Positions 38,389-46,703 are shown, counted from the first letter of the stretch. The stretch: 64,000 nucleotides of DNA from Candidatus Colwellbacteria bacterium (GCA_016176505.1 JACOXB010000006.1:7240-71239); one strand, 5' to 3'. Notes: generated by a model not told the origin, from the sequence alone. Numbers and translations: made by a program.

Positions 38389-38955
38389 ATGGATAATTTC
38401 GAATTTTTTATTAGGAATACTTCTATAAATATAAGAGAGCTTAGGGATAAAATCGGTAAGTCGTTGCTCGATCTTAGAGTAGATAATATTAAACAAATCA
38501 GAGAACTTATTAAGCAGTTTATTATAATTTCCGGTGCGATTATCGGTTTCACGATACCGGTGTTTGGAAGAACTAAACTTATCAGAACGCCAGTATTTCT
38601 TACCGGTGGACTAATAGAGCTGTTAATCGTCATGGTGTATGCCTTTTATTACCTGATGCATATTTTAGAGAGCGAAAATCAAAAGTTAGGAGAACAGCAC
38701 GAACGTTATAATAAGATTATTGATAGCCTAAGAGATAATCTGATTATTTTTGCCACGAGCGATAAGACCGAGAAAGACGCACAAAAGCAACTTGACTCCG
38801 ATAAACAAGTGTTGGATGAATTTCTATCCGAAGAGGCGGGCGACAAGGGTAATAAGAAAGATTACGCCTTAAATATTATTTTTTCTGCGTTTTTGGTCGG
38901 ACTCGTATTGATAATCTTATCAATGATAAATTTTCAGAATTTAATTTCGGATTAG
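38389..38955 (+). CDS. Three-TM membrane protein (188 aa)
   Basis: AT-rich; hydrophobic helices at roughly 55-75, 85-110 and 165-185; charged coiled-coil middle region. Confidence 0.4.
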   Translation: MDNFEFFIRNTSINIRELRDKIGKSLLDLRVDNIKQIRELIKQFIIISGAIIGFTIPVFGRTKLIRTPVFLTGGLIELLIVMVYAFYYLMHILESENQKLGEQHERYNKIIDSLRDNLIIFATSDKTEKDAQKQLDSDKQVLDEFLSEEAGDKGNKKDYALNIIFSAFLVGLVLIILSMINFQNLISD

Positions 38956-39031
38956 CATTATGGAAAAGTTAGTTTCGCTCGGATTTATATTTATCGTAGT
39001 GAGCCTGGGGTTTTACGGCCTCTAAGTTATT

Positions 39032-39072
39032 ACAGATATTATAACATTCTGCAGAATGTTATAATGTTCTAT
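39032..39072. repeat. AT-rich palindrome family P, copy 3
   Basis: acagatattataacattctg cagaatgttataatgttctat. Confidence 0.6.
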
Positions 39073-39121
39073 TTATGACAAATTGATGGCGGAGCGGTTG
39101 TGCTATATTTAAACTATATCA

Positions 39122-39559
39122 ATGAGATGGAGCGGGAATAGGGATTTATCAAAATGGTTTATTCCCTTTATGGCTTTGTGGGGGATTTTCTTTGGCGAGT
39201 TCTTGCCGGTGTGCTTGGAGAATAGTTTTAACTGTTTCCCCAAAACAACGCCGCCAGGCGCCAAAGAGTCAATGTTCTCCGGCCTTGATATGTTCATCCC
39301 AACCGTAGTGATTTATTTTATTCTGGCTACGGTTTTCTGGTGGCTCTATCGAAAACTAGATTGGAAAATAGTCTTTGTTATAGCGATTGTGGTCGGTCAG
39401 GTTCTGGAGTTTGCCTTCTTTAGGCCCCAAGAGGGAGACGGCGTAAATGTGGTTGATAATCCGCTCTACTCATTCTTATTTTTCTTAATCATCTGGCCAA
39501 TTCTACTCGTAGCGCCATATGGCATTTTCCAGAAATTCTTTGCCAAGAAGAAGAAATAA
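39122..39559 (+). CDS. Membrane protein (hypothetical)
   Basis: 145 aa with 4 TM helices. Confidence 0.4.
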   Translation: MRWSGNRDLSKWFIPFMALWGIFFGEFLPVCLENSFNCFPKTTPPGAKESMFSGLDMFIPTVVIYFILATVFWWLYRKLDWKIVFVIAIVVGQVLEFAFFRPQEGDGVNVVDNPLYSFLFFLIIWPILLVAPYGIFQKFFAKKKK

Positions 39560-39579
39560 TTGAGAAATAAAATTTAAAA

Positions 39580-39780
39580 GTGGAGTTATACAGGAAAGAC
39601 GTCAAAGCCGGAATGGAGGTAGAAGTAGTGCTGAAAGAGGATCAGAGGACGGGAGAACTAACCCGCGGAATAGTGGCGGAAATTTTAACCAATTCTGAAT
39701 TTCATCCCCGGGGTATAAAAGTTCGCCTCAAGTCCGGCCAAGTCGGCCGCATCCAAAAAATCCTGCGAATGGTAGAATAA
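39580..39780 (+). CDS. YwbE-family small protein
   Basis: VEVVLKEDQRTGELTRGIVAEILTNS ... HPRGIKVRL matches the YwbE family as I recall it. Confidence 0.55.
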   Translation: MELYRKDVKAGMEVEVVLKEDQRTGELTRGIVAEILTNSEFHPRGIKVRLKSGQVGRIQKILRMVE

Positions 39781-39784
39781 ACGC

Positions 39785-40261
39785 ATGAAAGTTAATAGCT
39801 TTCTTAAATTACTTATCGCCATTAGTATCTCGGAATTCGCCGGAATCGTTGGCTCGTTTTTTACCGTTTCGGCAGTCCCGAACTGGTATGCCGCTCTCGA
39901 GAAACCAGTATTAAACCCGCCGAGCTGGATCTTCGGACCGGTTTGGATCATCCTCTACGCCTTAATGGGAGTTGCCGTATTTCTGGTCTGGGAGAAGGGC
40001 TGGAAGAAAAGAGAAGTTAAAAAGGCGCTTGGTGTATTTGGGATTCAGCTTTTCCTAAACGCTATCTGGTCAATCGTCTTTTTCGGTCTTCAAAATCCTT
40101 TTTGGGCTCTGATTAATATCGCCTTTCTTTGGCTCGCGATTATTTGGACAATATTTAAGTTTTATCCACTTTCGAAGCCGGCGTCATATCTACTCGCGCC
40201 CTATATCTTATGGGTTAGTTTCGCTGTATATTTAAACTACGCTATTTGGGCTCTAAATTAA
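39785..40261 (+). CDS. tspO: TspO/MBR tryptophan-rich sensory protein
   Basis: Five TM helices and a Trp-rich signature (NPPSWIFGPVWIILY). Confidence 0.75.
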   Translation: MKVNSFLKLLIAISISEFAGIVGSFFTVSAVPNWYAALEKPVLNPPSWIFGPVWIILYALMGVAVFLVWEKGWKKREVKKALGVFGIQLFLNAIWSIVFFGLQNPFWALINIAFLWLAIIWTIFKFYPLSKPASYLLAPYILWVSFAVYLNYAIWALN

Positions 40262-40270
40262 AATAGAATT

Positions 40271-40540
40271 GTGGCGGTAATTCATAAAAAATCTTGGCCG
40301 GAGCAATTTGAAGCAATCTTTTCGAGAAGGAAAAAGTTTGACCTCCGACTGGCCGATTTTGAGGCCAAGGAAGGGGATACGATAGTGTTTGAAGAATGGG
40401 ATCCGAAAAAGAAAGAATATACTGGCCGGAAAATCGAGAAGAAAATCACTTTTGTTTTTAAATTTAAGCCTGACGAGTCCCCATACCACTCCAAAGAAGA
40501 AATTCAAAAATACGGTTTTCAGATCTTTTCTCTCGAATAG
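40271..40540 (+). CDS. DUF3850 (ASCH-like) small protein
   Basis: HKKSWPEQFEAI ... FDLRLADF pattern. Confidence 0.45.
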   Translation: MAVIHKKSWPEQFEAIFSRRKKFDLRLADFEAKEGDTIVFEEWDPKKKEYTGRKIEKKITFVFKFKPDESPYHSKEEIQKYGFQIFSLE

Positions 40541-40687
40541 GTCGCTCCCAATCATATTTGACTTTATTATCAATATAGAGTAGAATAGGCGAGTAAGTTT
40601 CTTGTTTCCCTTCCTTGCATAAAACCTATGTAAGCTTGAAGGATAAGCTAAGATAGGTCGACTTACTCTCACAATATGTAAGGAGAA

Positions 40688-40921
40688 ATGGCAAAGAAGT
40701 TGTACGTAGGCGGATTGTCCTTCATCACTGACAGAGCCACTGGCCGTTCCAAGGGTTTTGGTTTTGTTGAGATGTCTACTGACGAAGAAGCTCAGAAAGC
40801 GATTGAAATGTTCAATGGCAAAGAGCTTGACGGCAGAACAGTGACAGTCAACGAGGCCAAGCCGATGGAGGATCGTCCCCGTGGGGGCGGTGGCGGCTTC
40901 GGCGGTCGAAACCGCTGGTAG
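40688..40921 (+). CDS. RRM-type glycine-rich RNA-binding protein
   Basis: RNP2 LYVGGL, RNP1 KGFGFVEM, Gly-rich tail. Preceded by a 140-nt 5' UTR. Confidence 0.8.
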   Translation: MAKKLYVGGLSFITDRATGRSKGFGFVEMSTDEEAQKAIEMFNGKELDGRTVTVNEAKPMEDRPRGGGGGFGGRNRW

Positions 40922-40929
40922 TAGAAAAG

Positions 40930-40962
40930 AAAAATCCCCTCGATTAAAGGGGATTTTTCTTT
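40930..40962 (+). terminator. Rho-independent terminator after the RRM gene
   Basis: aaaaatcccctcgattaaaggggattttt followed by cttttag. Confidence 0.6.
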
Positions 40963-40975
40963 TAGAATTGTATTA

Positions 40976-41638
40976 ATGATAAAACTTTCGCCGTCAGCTT
41001 TAAATTTATTTCTTGAATGTCCCCGGTGTTTCTGGGCCGAGCGGGTGAGGGGAATCCATCGGCCGAATGGGCCGTTTCCGTCACTCCCTGGCGGCATTGA
41101 TAGCGTGCTTAAGAAATACTTTGATAAGTTTCGGGAAAAAGACGAACTGCCGCCGGAAATTGAAGGTAAGGTTGAAGGCAAGCTATTGAACGATCCGGTT
41201 CTCCAGATTTGGCGGCAAAATCTGAAAGGCATACGGTATTACGATAAGGAACTCGATGCCGAGCTAATGGGGGCCTTGGATGACTGCTTAATTGACGGCA
41301 GTGATTATATTGCGGTTGATTATAAAACCCGGGGCTGGCTCCCCAAAGATGATTCTCATACTTATTATCAAAACCAGCTTAATGTCTATACGCTTCTCCT
41401 CGAGAAGAACGGCTACAAGCACAAAAATTTTGCCTATCTTGTTTTCTATTCTCCAGAGGAAGTACTGGGGCAGGGGACTATCAAGTTCAATGTCGAGGTT
41501 CGAAAAGTAGAGGTTAATCCAAAAGTGGCTTATAAGGTTTTTGAAGAAGCAGTTGAAGTTTTACGCGGACCTCAGCCACCGGCGCATTCCGATTGCCAGT
41601 TTTGTTCCTGGGGAAACGACTATATTATCCTCGACTAA
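40976..41638 (+). CDS. Cas4-like PD-(D/E)XK nuclease with four Cys (putative Fe-S); stand-alone
   Basis: N-terminal CPRC, DYKT (D-ExK), QxxxY (QLNVYTLL), C-terminal CQFC. No cas genes or array nearby. Confidence 0.55.
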   Translation: MIKLSPSALNLFLECPRCFWAERVRGIHRPNGPFPSLPGGIDSVLKKYFDKFREKDELPPEIEGKVEGKLLNDPVLQIWRQNLKGIRYYDKELDAELMGALDDCLIDGSDYIAVDYKTRGWLPKDDSHTYYQNQLNVYTLLLEKNGYKHKNFAYLVFYSPEEVLGQGTIKFNVEVRKVEVNPKVAYKVFEEAVEVLRGPQPPAHSDCQFCSWGNDYIILD

Positions 41639-41657
41639 AAACAACTAAGGAGTATAA

Positions 41658-41700
41658 AAACGCGAAAGCCCCTGGACGCGGGAGCAGGAGCTCTCGCGTC
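41658..41700. terminator. Bidirectional GC-rich hairpin between convergent genes
   Basis: cccctggacgcgggag caggag ctctcgcgtccagggg. Confidence 0.5.
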
Positions 41701-41708
41701 CAGGGGCA

Positions 41709-42200
41709 TCAGAGGTACTGACCAGGGTGACCGGCGTCGTCGGTGGTCTTGGGCCCATCAGGGCTCTGGGTTTGGAAAGGAAACGGAATTCCCACCACGA
41801 TCGGGATCGGTCCCGATTCTGCTTTAGGTTCGGGTTCAGACCAGACTACAGTCCAGTCCTTCCGTATGCTGACTGAAGGGGTGGCCCAGAGCTCGAAGGC
41901 GGCGTCGATTGAGAGCCGGAAGACGCCGAGGATCAGCCTTGACTCGCGGCGGAGCCTGGCGGCTCTTTGCGTTAGTCGCTCTCGCTCAGCTTTGTCAGTT
42001 GAGCGGTTAGCAGCGACGAAGTTCTCGAAGCCGTCTTGATCGCGCCGGATCCCCAGGGTGTAGAGCTTCTTGAGGTCGAGGTCGGACAGTCGGCCGACGA
42101 CGTGGTCTCCGTCTTCAACTTCTGTGTCCGGCTCGATTAGATTCTCCTCGCTCATTTCCTCGAGTTCTCGCTGGATAAGCTCCAGCCAAGGTGCGCCCAT
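41709..42200 (-). CDS. Hypothetical protein (GC-rich, 163 aa)
   Basis: Coherent ORF at about 58% GC. Confidence 0.35.
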   Translation of the reverse strand: MGAPWLELIQRELEEMSEENLIEPDTEVEDGDHVVGRLSDLDLKKLYTLGIRRDQDGFENFVAANRSTDKAERERLTQRAARLRRESRLILGVFRLSIDAAFELWATPSVSIRKDWTVVWSEPEPKAESGPIPIVVGIPFPFQTQSPDGPKTTDDAGHPGQYL

Positions 42201-42324
42201 CGTCTTCCTCCCTTCAGAGAACTAGATTGTCAACAACAGCTACTTATTTTATAACCCAGTTTTATTGGTAATGTCAATCGTGAATAATCATGTTTACTGG
42301 GCTATTATTAAGTAAAGAGAATAA

Positions 42325-42558
42325 ATGAGGATATTTGTTAAAGCCAAGCCGAATGCTAAAGAGACGCGGATTGAGAAACTAGATGAGAATCGTTTTGCCG
42401 TAGCGGTGAAAGAGCCGCCGATTGGCGGCCGAGCTAATGTCGCGATTGAAAAGGTGATTGCTGAGCACTTTAAAGTGCCAGTCTCAAGAGTGCGGATTGT
42501 TTCCGGCCATACTTCGCGGCAAAAAGTATTCGAGATAACAGGCGAACTTTTTTGTTAG
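42325..42558 (+). CDS. DUF167 / YggU-family protein
   Basis: KAKPNAK ... V ... PP..G.AN ... FEI pattern. Confidence 0.6.
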   Translation: MRIFVKAKPNAKETRIEKLDENRFAVAVKEPPIGGRANVAIEKVIAEHFKVPVSRVRIVSGHTSRQKVFEITGELFC

Positions 42559-43514
42559 TTTTTCAACCTTGAGCCGCTGTGAAATTTTTTATGGATTTCG
42601 CGCAGTTTTTTACTGGTAACGTGAGTATAAATTTGAGTGGCCGTAATGCTCTGATGTCCTAGAAATTCTTGAAGGATGCGGATGTCCACTCCTTGGCTTA
42701 AGAGATCTGTCGCGAAAGAGTGACGAAGAACATGAGGGGTAGTGTTCGCGGGTAAACCGGCGAGAAGCGCATATTTTTGGATGCTCTTCTCAATAGATCG
42801 AGCGGTAAGGCGGCGTGAGGCGCTAGACATGCTCCTATAGTTTATAAATAGGGCCTTATCATTATCAGTACGAGATTTCAGGTATCTTTTAAGCCATTGA
42901 AGCGTTCTTGACGAAAAATACACCGTACGGGCCCTACTGCCTTTGCCAACAATTCCTAGTTCTAGCTCATTTAAATTAAGTGACGATTGAATTTGTTCGC
43001 GATTTAGGGCAACCAGTTCTGATATCCGCATGCCGGTGGAAAAAAATGTTTCGAGTATGGCCCTATCTCTAAGTCCGCTCGCCTTATTCACGTTAGGAAT
43101 CGAAAATAATCTTTCAAGTTGTTCTAGCGTGAGAAAACGGACCTCTTTCTCGCCTTTATCGCGAGGTAATTTTATTTTCTCTGGCGGCAGGGCTAGAATG
43201 TCGCGCTCAGCAAAATAAGTTAATAAAGAGCGCAGGGCTATCAAATAATAAGCCTGGGTGCTTTTACTGAGCGATTTTGAAGACCGCTTGGATCGGGTCT
43301 GACGGGCGAGGTAGATTCGGTATTTCCAGACATGGTCAGGGGAGAGGTCGTGAGGTTTTAAATCAGAGAGTTTATTTTCTTTTAACCAATCTAAAAACCG
43401 ATTTAAAAACCGAGCATAATTTTCTTGAGTTTTAGATGATAAACCTTTTTGGACATCAAGCCAGTCTAAATAATCTGGAAGATGCTGGGGAAGTGGTTTT
43501 GAGCTTTTAACCAT
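42555..43514 (-). CDS. xerC: Tyrosine site-specific recombinase XerC/XerD
   Basis: HVLRHSFATDLL ... GHQSITATQIYTHV catalytic box (R..H..R..Y) and an N-terminal core-binding domain. Confidence 0.8.
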   Translation of the reverse strand: MVKSSKPLPQHLPDYLDWLDVQKGLSSKTQENYARFLNRFLDWLKENKLSDLKPHDLSPDHVWKYRIYLARQTRSKRSSKSLSKSTQAYYLIALRSLLTYFAERDILALPPEKIKLPRDKGEKEVRFLTLEQLERLFSIPNVNKASGLRDRAILETFFSTGMRISELVALNREQIQSSLNLNELELGIVGKGSRARTVYFSSRTLQWLKRYLKSRTDNDKALFINYRSMSSASRRLTARSIEKSIQKYALLAGLPANTTPHVLRHSFATDLLSQGVDIRILQEFLGHQSITATQIYTHVTSKKLREIHKKFHSGSRLKN

Positions 43515-43629
43515 ATTAAGGGTCTATTAAGTTAAATTATGCGAACTTTATGGCTGGAGTTCAATAGGCCCTTGGGGATATCCCCTCGCCCTATTCAAAC
43601 CCCTGTTTTTGGCTCAAAATTGACCTAGA

Positions 43630-44961
43630 ATGAGTGATTTAGCCCAAAGGCGGGGTTCTGTCCATTTCATCGGAATAGGCGGGATTGGGATGAGCGCCCT
43701 TGCCCGATACTACCTCAGCCAGGGGTTTCGAGTGAGCGGCTCAGACCTCGGGGAGGCGCCGGCCGAGTTCAAGCTCGGGCATTTTAAAAAATTTAATCCC
43801 AGGCCGGATTTAGTAATTTACAGTCAAGCGATTCCATCGGATGATCCGGAGCTGATTTTAGCTCGAGAGTTGAATATCCAGACCAGAACCTATCCTCAGG
43901 CTCTGGCCGAACTCACGCGTCAGTTTAGGACAATAGCGGTGGCCGGCAGTCACGGCAAGAGCACAACCACTGCCCTACTCTCTTTAATTTTGATTCGGGC
44001 CGGACTTGACCCAACGGTTATTGTCGGTACAAAACTTAAAGAATTTGATAATAAAAACTTTCGGGCCGGCAAAAGCAATATTTTAATTATTGAGGCGGAT
44101 GAATACCAGGACGCCTTTCTAAATTACTCCCCTGCTTTAATCTTAATTACCAATATTGACCGAGAGCATCTTGATTACGCCAAACACTTCGGCAATGTTA
44201 AGAAGAGTTTTCTTAAGTTTATTAGTAACTTAGATGAAAACGGAGTTCTGGTTCTGAATCGGGATGACGCTCCCCTCCTCGAATTAGGAAACAGGAAACT
44301 AGGAGCTAGGAAAATAGATTGGTATTCACTTGAACAAGAAAAACTAGCTGAAAAAGTCAAAAAACATCTTAAAATTCCGGGAAAACATAACTTATCCAAT
44401 GCCCTCGGCGCCCTGACCGCGGCTCAGAGGCTAGGCGTCTCCGAGAAAGTAGCCCTTGAGGCCATTGCTGATTATCGTGGCGCCTGGCGCCGGATGGAAT
44501 ATCGAGGTTTATACAATATACAAAATACTAAATACGAAATACTCGTCTACGATGACTATGCTCATCATCCGACCGAAATCAAGGCGACGCTTAACGCTTT
44601 TAAAGAGGCTTTTCCGGGTCATTTTTTAATTTGTGTTTTCCAGCCGCATCAGAGCCATAGGCTCGAGATCCTATTTAAAGATTTTACCCAAGCCTTTGAT
44701 AGGGCCGATGCTTTGATTCTCCTTAATGTTTATAAGGTGGTTGGCCGCGATTCTTTAAATCCCAGTGTCGATTCTGGGAAATTGGCCGAGGCGGTCGAAA
44801 AAAGAAGGAGTGGGCCGGATCAAGTTATTCATCTTCCCTCCTTAGACAAGCTTAAAGAGACGGTTACGGGCTTAATCAAATCCCCTGCTCCGGCAATTCT
44901 TGTGATGATGGGCGCGGGTGATATTGCGGACCTAACCCCACAGTTAGTATCGCGTATATAG
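43630..44961 (+). CDS. murC: UDP-N-acetylmuramate--L-alanine ligase
   Basis: GIGGIGMSALA N-terminus and Mur ligase P-loop GSHGKSTT. Confidence 0.85.
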   Translation: MSDLAQRRGSVHFIGIGGIGMSALARYYLSQGFRVSGSDLGEAPAEFKLGHFKKFNPRPDLVIYSQAIPSDDPELILARELNIQTRTYPQALAELTRQFRTIAVAGSHGKSTTTALLSLILIRAGLDPTVIVGTKLKEFDNKNFRAGKSNILIIEADEYQDAFLNYSPALILITNIDREHLDYAKHFGNVKKSFLKFISNLDENGVLVLNRDDAPLLELGNRKLGARKIDWYSLEQEKLAEKVKKHLKIPGKHNLSNALGALTAAQRLGVSEKVALEAIADYRGAWRRMEYRGLYNIQNTKYEILVYDDYAHHPTEIKATLNAFKEAFPGHFLICVFQPHQSHRLEILFKDFTQAFDRADALILLNVYKVVGRDSLNPSVDSGKLAEAVEKRRSGPDQVIHLPSLDKLKETVTGLIKSPAPAILVMMGAGDIADLTPQLVSRI

Positions 44962-44980
44962 TATTATGTATACCGTATAG

Positions 44981-45748
44981 ATGTATTTTCGGGACGAAAA
45001 TCATTTTAAGGGAACCAATGGTTATGTGATTGACGATGTTTGGTATCCCCGCGTAACCGCGATTGTTAATATCAAAGCCAAACCGGCGCTTTACCGCTTT
45101 TACGCTGAACTTGAAGATTTTGCTGCTGGCGAGGCCATTAAAAAAAAGTCGGCTGATGAGGGCACGAGAGTTCACGAAACAGCTGAGGCGATTTTAGTTG
45201 GCGATCAGCCGATTGTGACCCCGGATATTGCGCCGGCGATAGAGGCTTTTCGGAAATTTCTTGGCGAGCGGAATGTCCAGGTTGACCGCGACTGGGTTGA
45301 GAAAAGAATTATTAACTACAGCGAACGTTATGCCGGCACGATTGACGCCCTGGCTTTAATCGACGGTAAGTTCGGCTTAATAGATATTAAAACCTCGCAA
45401 GCTATTTATCGCGATTATAATCTTCAGACTGCGGCTTATCTTCCTCCCCTTTTAGATCAGTTTCGTAATCTTCAGACCCGCTGGATTTTAAGAATTGATC
45501 AGATCCAAAAATGTTTAAAATGCGGTGCTATTCGCCGAGTGAAAGGCGGCCGCGAAAAAATCAGGACTCAATTTAATAATGGTACCAAGTCTTGTATTGA
45601 ATCAGAACATGAGTGGTCAGAACTGGCGGGAGAAGTTGAGCTAAAAGAATTCCCCTACTGGCAGGATGATTATCAGGCTTTCCTTAGCGCTAAAAAACTT
45701 TGGGAATGGGAAAATGATTATTGGCTGAAATTGATCGGTTATCTTTGA
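44981..45748 (+). CDS. Second PD-(D/E)XK-family nuclease (RecB/lambda-exo-like) with inserted CxxC ribbon
   Basis: GTIDALALIDGKFGLIDIKTSQ (D ... D/ExK), QTAAY (QxxxY), CLKCG. Confidence 0.45.
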   Translation: MYFRDENHFKGTNGYVIDDVWYPRVTAIVNIKAKPALYRFYAELEDFAAGEAIKKKSADEGTRVHETAEAILVGDQPIVTPDIAPAIEAFRKFLGERNVQVDRDWVEKRIINYSERYAGTIDALALIDGKFGLIDIKTSQAIYRDYNLQTAAYLPPLLDQFRNLQTRWILRIDQIQKCLKCGAIRRVKGGREKIRTQFNNGTKSCIESEHEWSELAGEVELKEFPYWQDDYQAFLSAKKLWEWENDYWLKLIGYL

Positions 45749-45825
45749 CAATAGGGCGCTTTTATTGTTAGGATTCTCCTGTAGTTCTTCGATAGCGCTT
45801 CGATAATAAGGGAGGAAGGGATTAG

Positions 45826-46137
45826 ATGGGCAGTGTCGTGGAAGATGCGATCATTCAGCAGTTCACGAGAGTCTTCGGCGAGGAGAGCGTCGTCTACTTG
45901 ATGGGCGGCGAATCCAAAGAAGTGGCGGTCAGGAAGATGCAGCTCGCTTCAGAGCTCGCTCGCGAACTCGCCCGACAGAATGTCAGTGAACCAGTGATCT
46001 CAACCTGGTTTACAAGAGAAAGTCCGAGGCTCGACGGCCAGAAGCCGCTCGAGTTTCTGGCGGAGAAGTCGGTTCAGGAGGCCCGGGCAGAGCTCTGGGA
46101 ACTGGTTAGGGCTGGGATCGACTACGATAAGATGTAG
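45826..46137 (+). CDS. DUF2384 (Xre/MbcA/ParS-type) antitoxin-like protein
   Basis: C-terminal WFTRESPRLDGQKPLEFL ... VQEARAELWELVRAGIDY resembles the DUF2384 toxin-binding domain. About 60% GC. Confidence 0.45.
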   Translation: MGSVVEDAIIQQFTRVFGEESVVYLMGGESKEVAVRKMQLASELARELARQNVSEPVISTWFTRESPRLDGQKPLEFLAEKSVQEARAELWELVRAGIDYDKM

Positions 46138-46145
46138 GAGGTGCG

Positions 46146-46463
46146 ATGAATAATTCTCCGGTGCCGGTAATTGAGGTTGAGGAGTTGAGGTACGGCAGGA
46201 TAAAGTACCAGGTAACGGCTTTGGTCTGGCCGAACCTCTGGCTGCGTTACGCGCGGACTTGGCACGGGGCGATTCGCCTCGTCGAAGAGTTCGGCAGGAG
46301 GCTGGAAGCTCGGGGTGTGCGCGTCATCGGCATCGGGGTGTATCTCGCGAGGCCTCCCGCCACCTGGACGCCGTCGACGCCGTTGCCGGGCGGCCGGGAA
46401 GCTCCGATCCGTGGCGGGCCTGGTCAACCATACCCTCCGGGCATGCTGGAGGAGAAGGAGTAG
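46146..46463 (+). pseudogene. Possible degraded partner toxin gene (pseudogene?) downstream of the antitoxin
   Basis: The first ~65 aa look protein-like, then Pro/Gly-rich low complexity. No intact RES-type domain recognised. Confidence 0.2.
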
Positions 46464-46645
46464 CTTCATCCTCTTGGGGTGAAGCTACTCCAAGAGGATC
46501 TACGGTGTTATATTATTTTCAATAATAATCGGCGTTTGCTGCCAGTCTCGGCCAATAAGATAACCAATACCAAAGCTTAAAAGACTAATTAAGAATACTA
46601 AGAGCGCTATTTGGACATAGGGCTTTTTTATTAAATTACGAATTC

Positions 46646-46674
46646 TTGACATCAGGTTAATTCTACTAGATACT
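46646..46674 (+). promoter_or_regulatory. Candidate promoter for rpmA
   Basis: TTGACA, then 17 bp, then GATACT. Overlaps a 14-bp tandem repeat (tagatactagcttc / tagattctagcttc). Confidence 0.4.
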
Positions 46675-46703
46675 AGCTTCTAGATTCTAGCTTCTCGAGA
46701 AAT

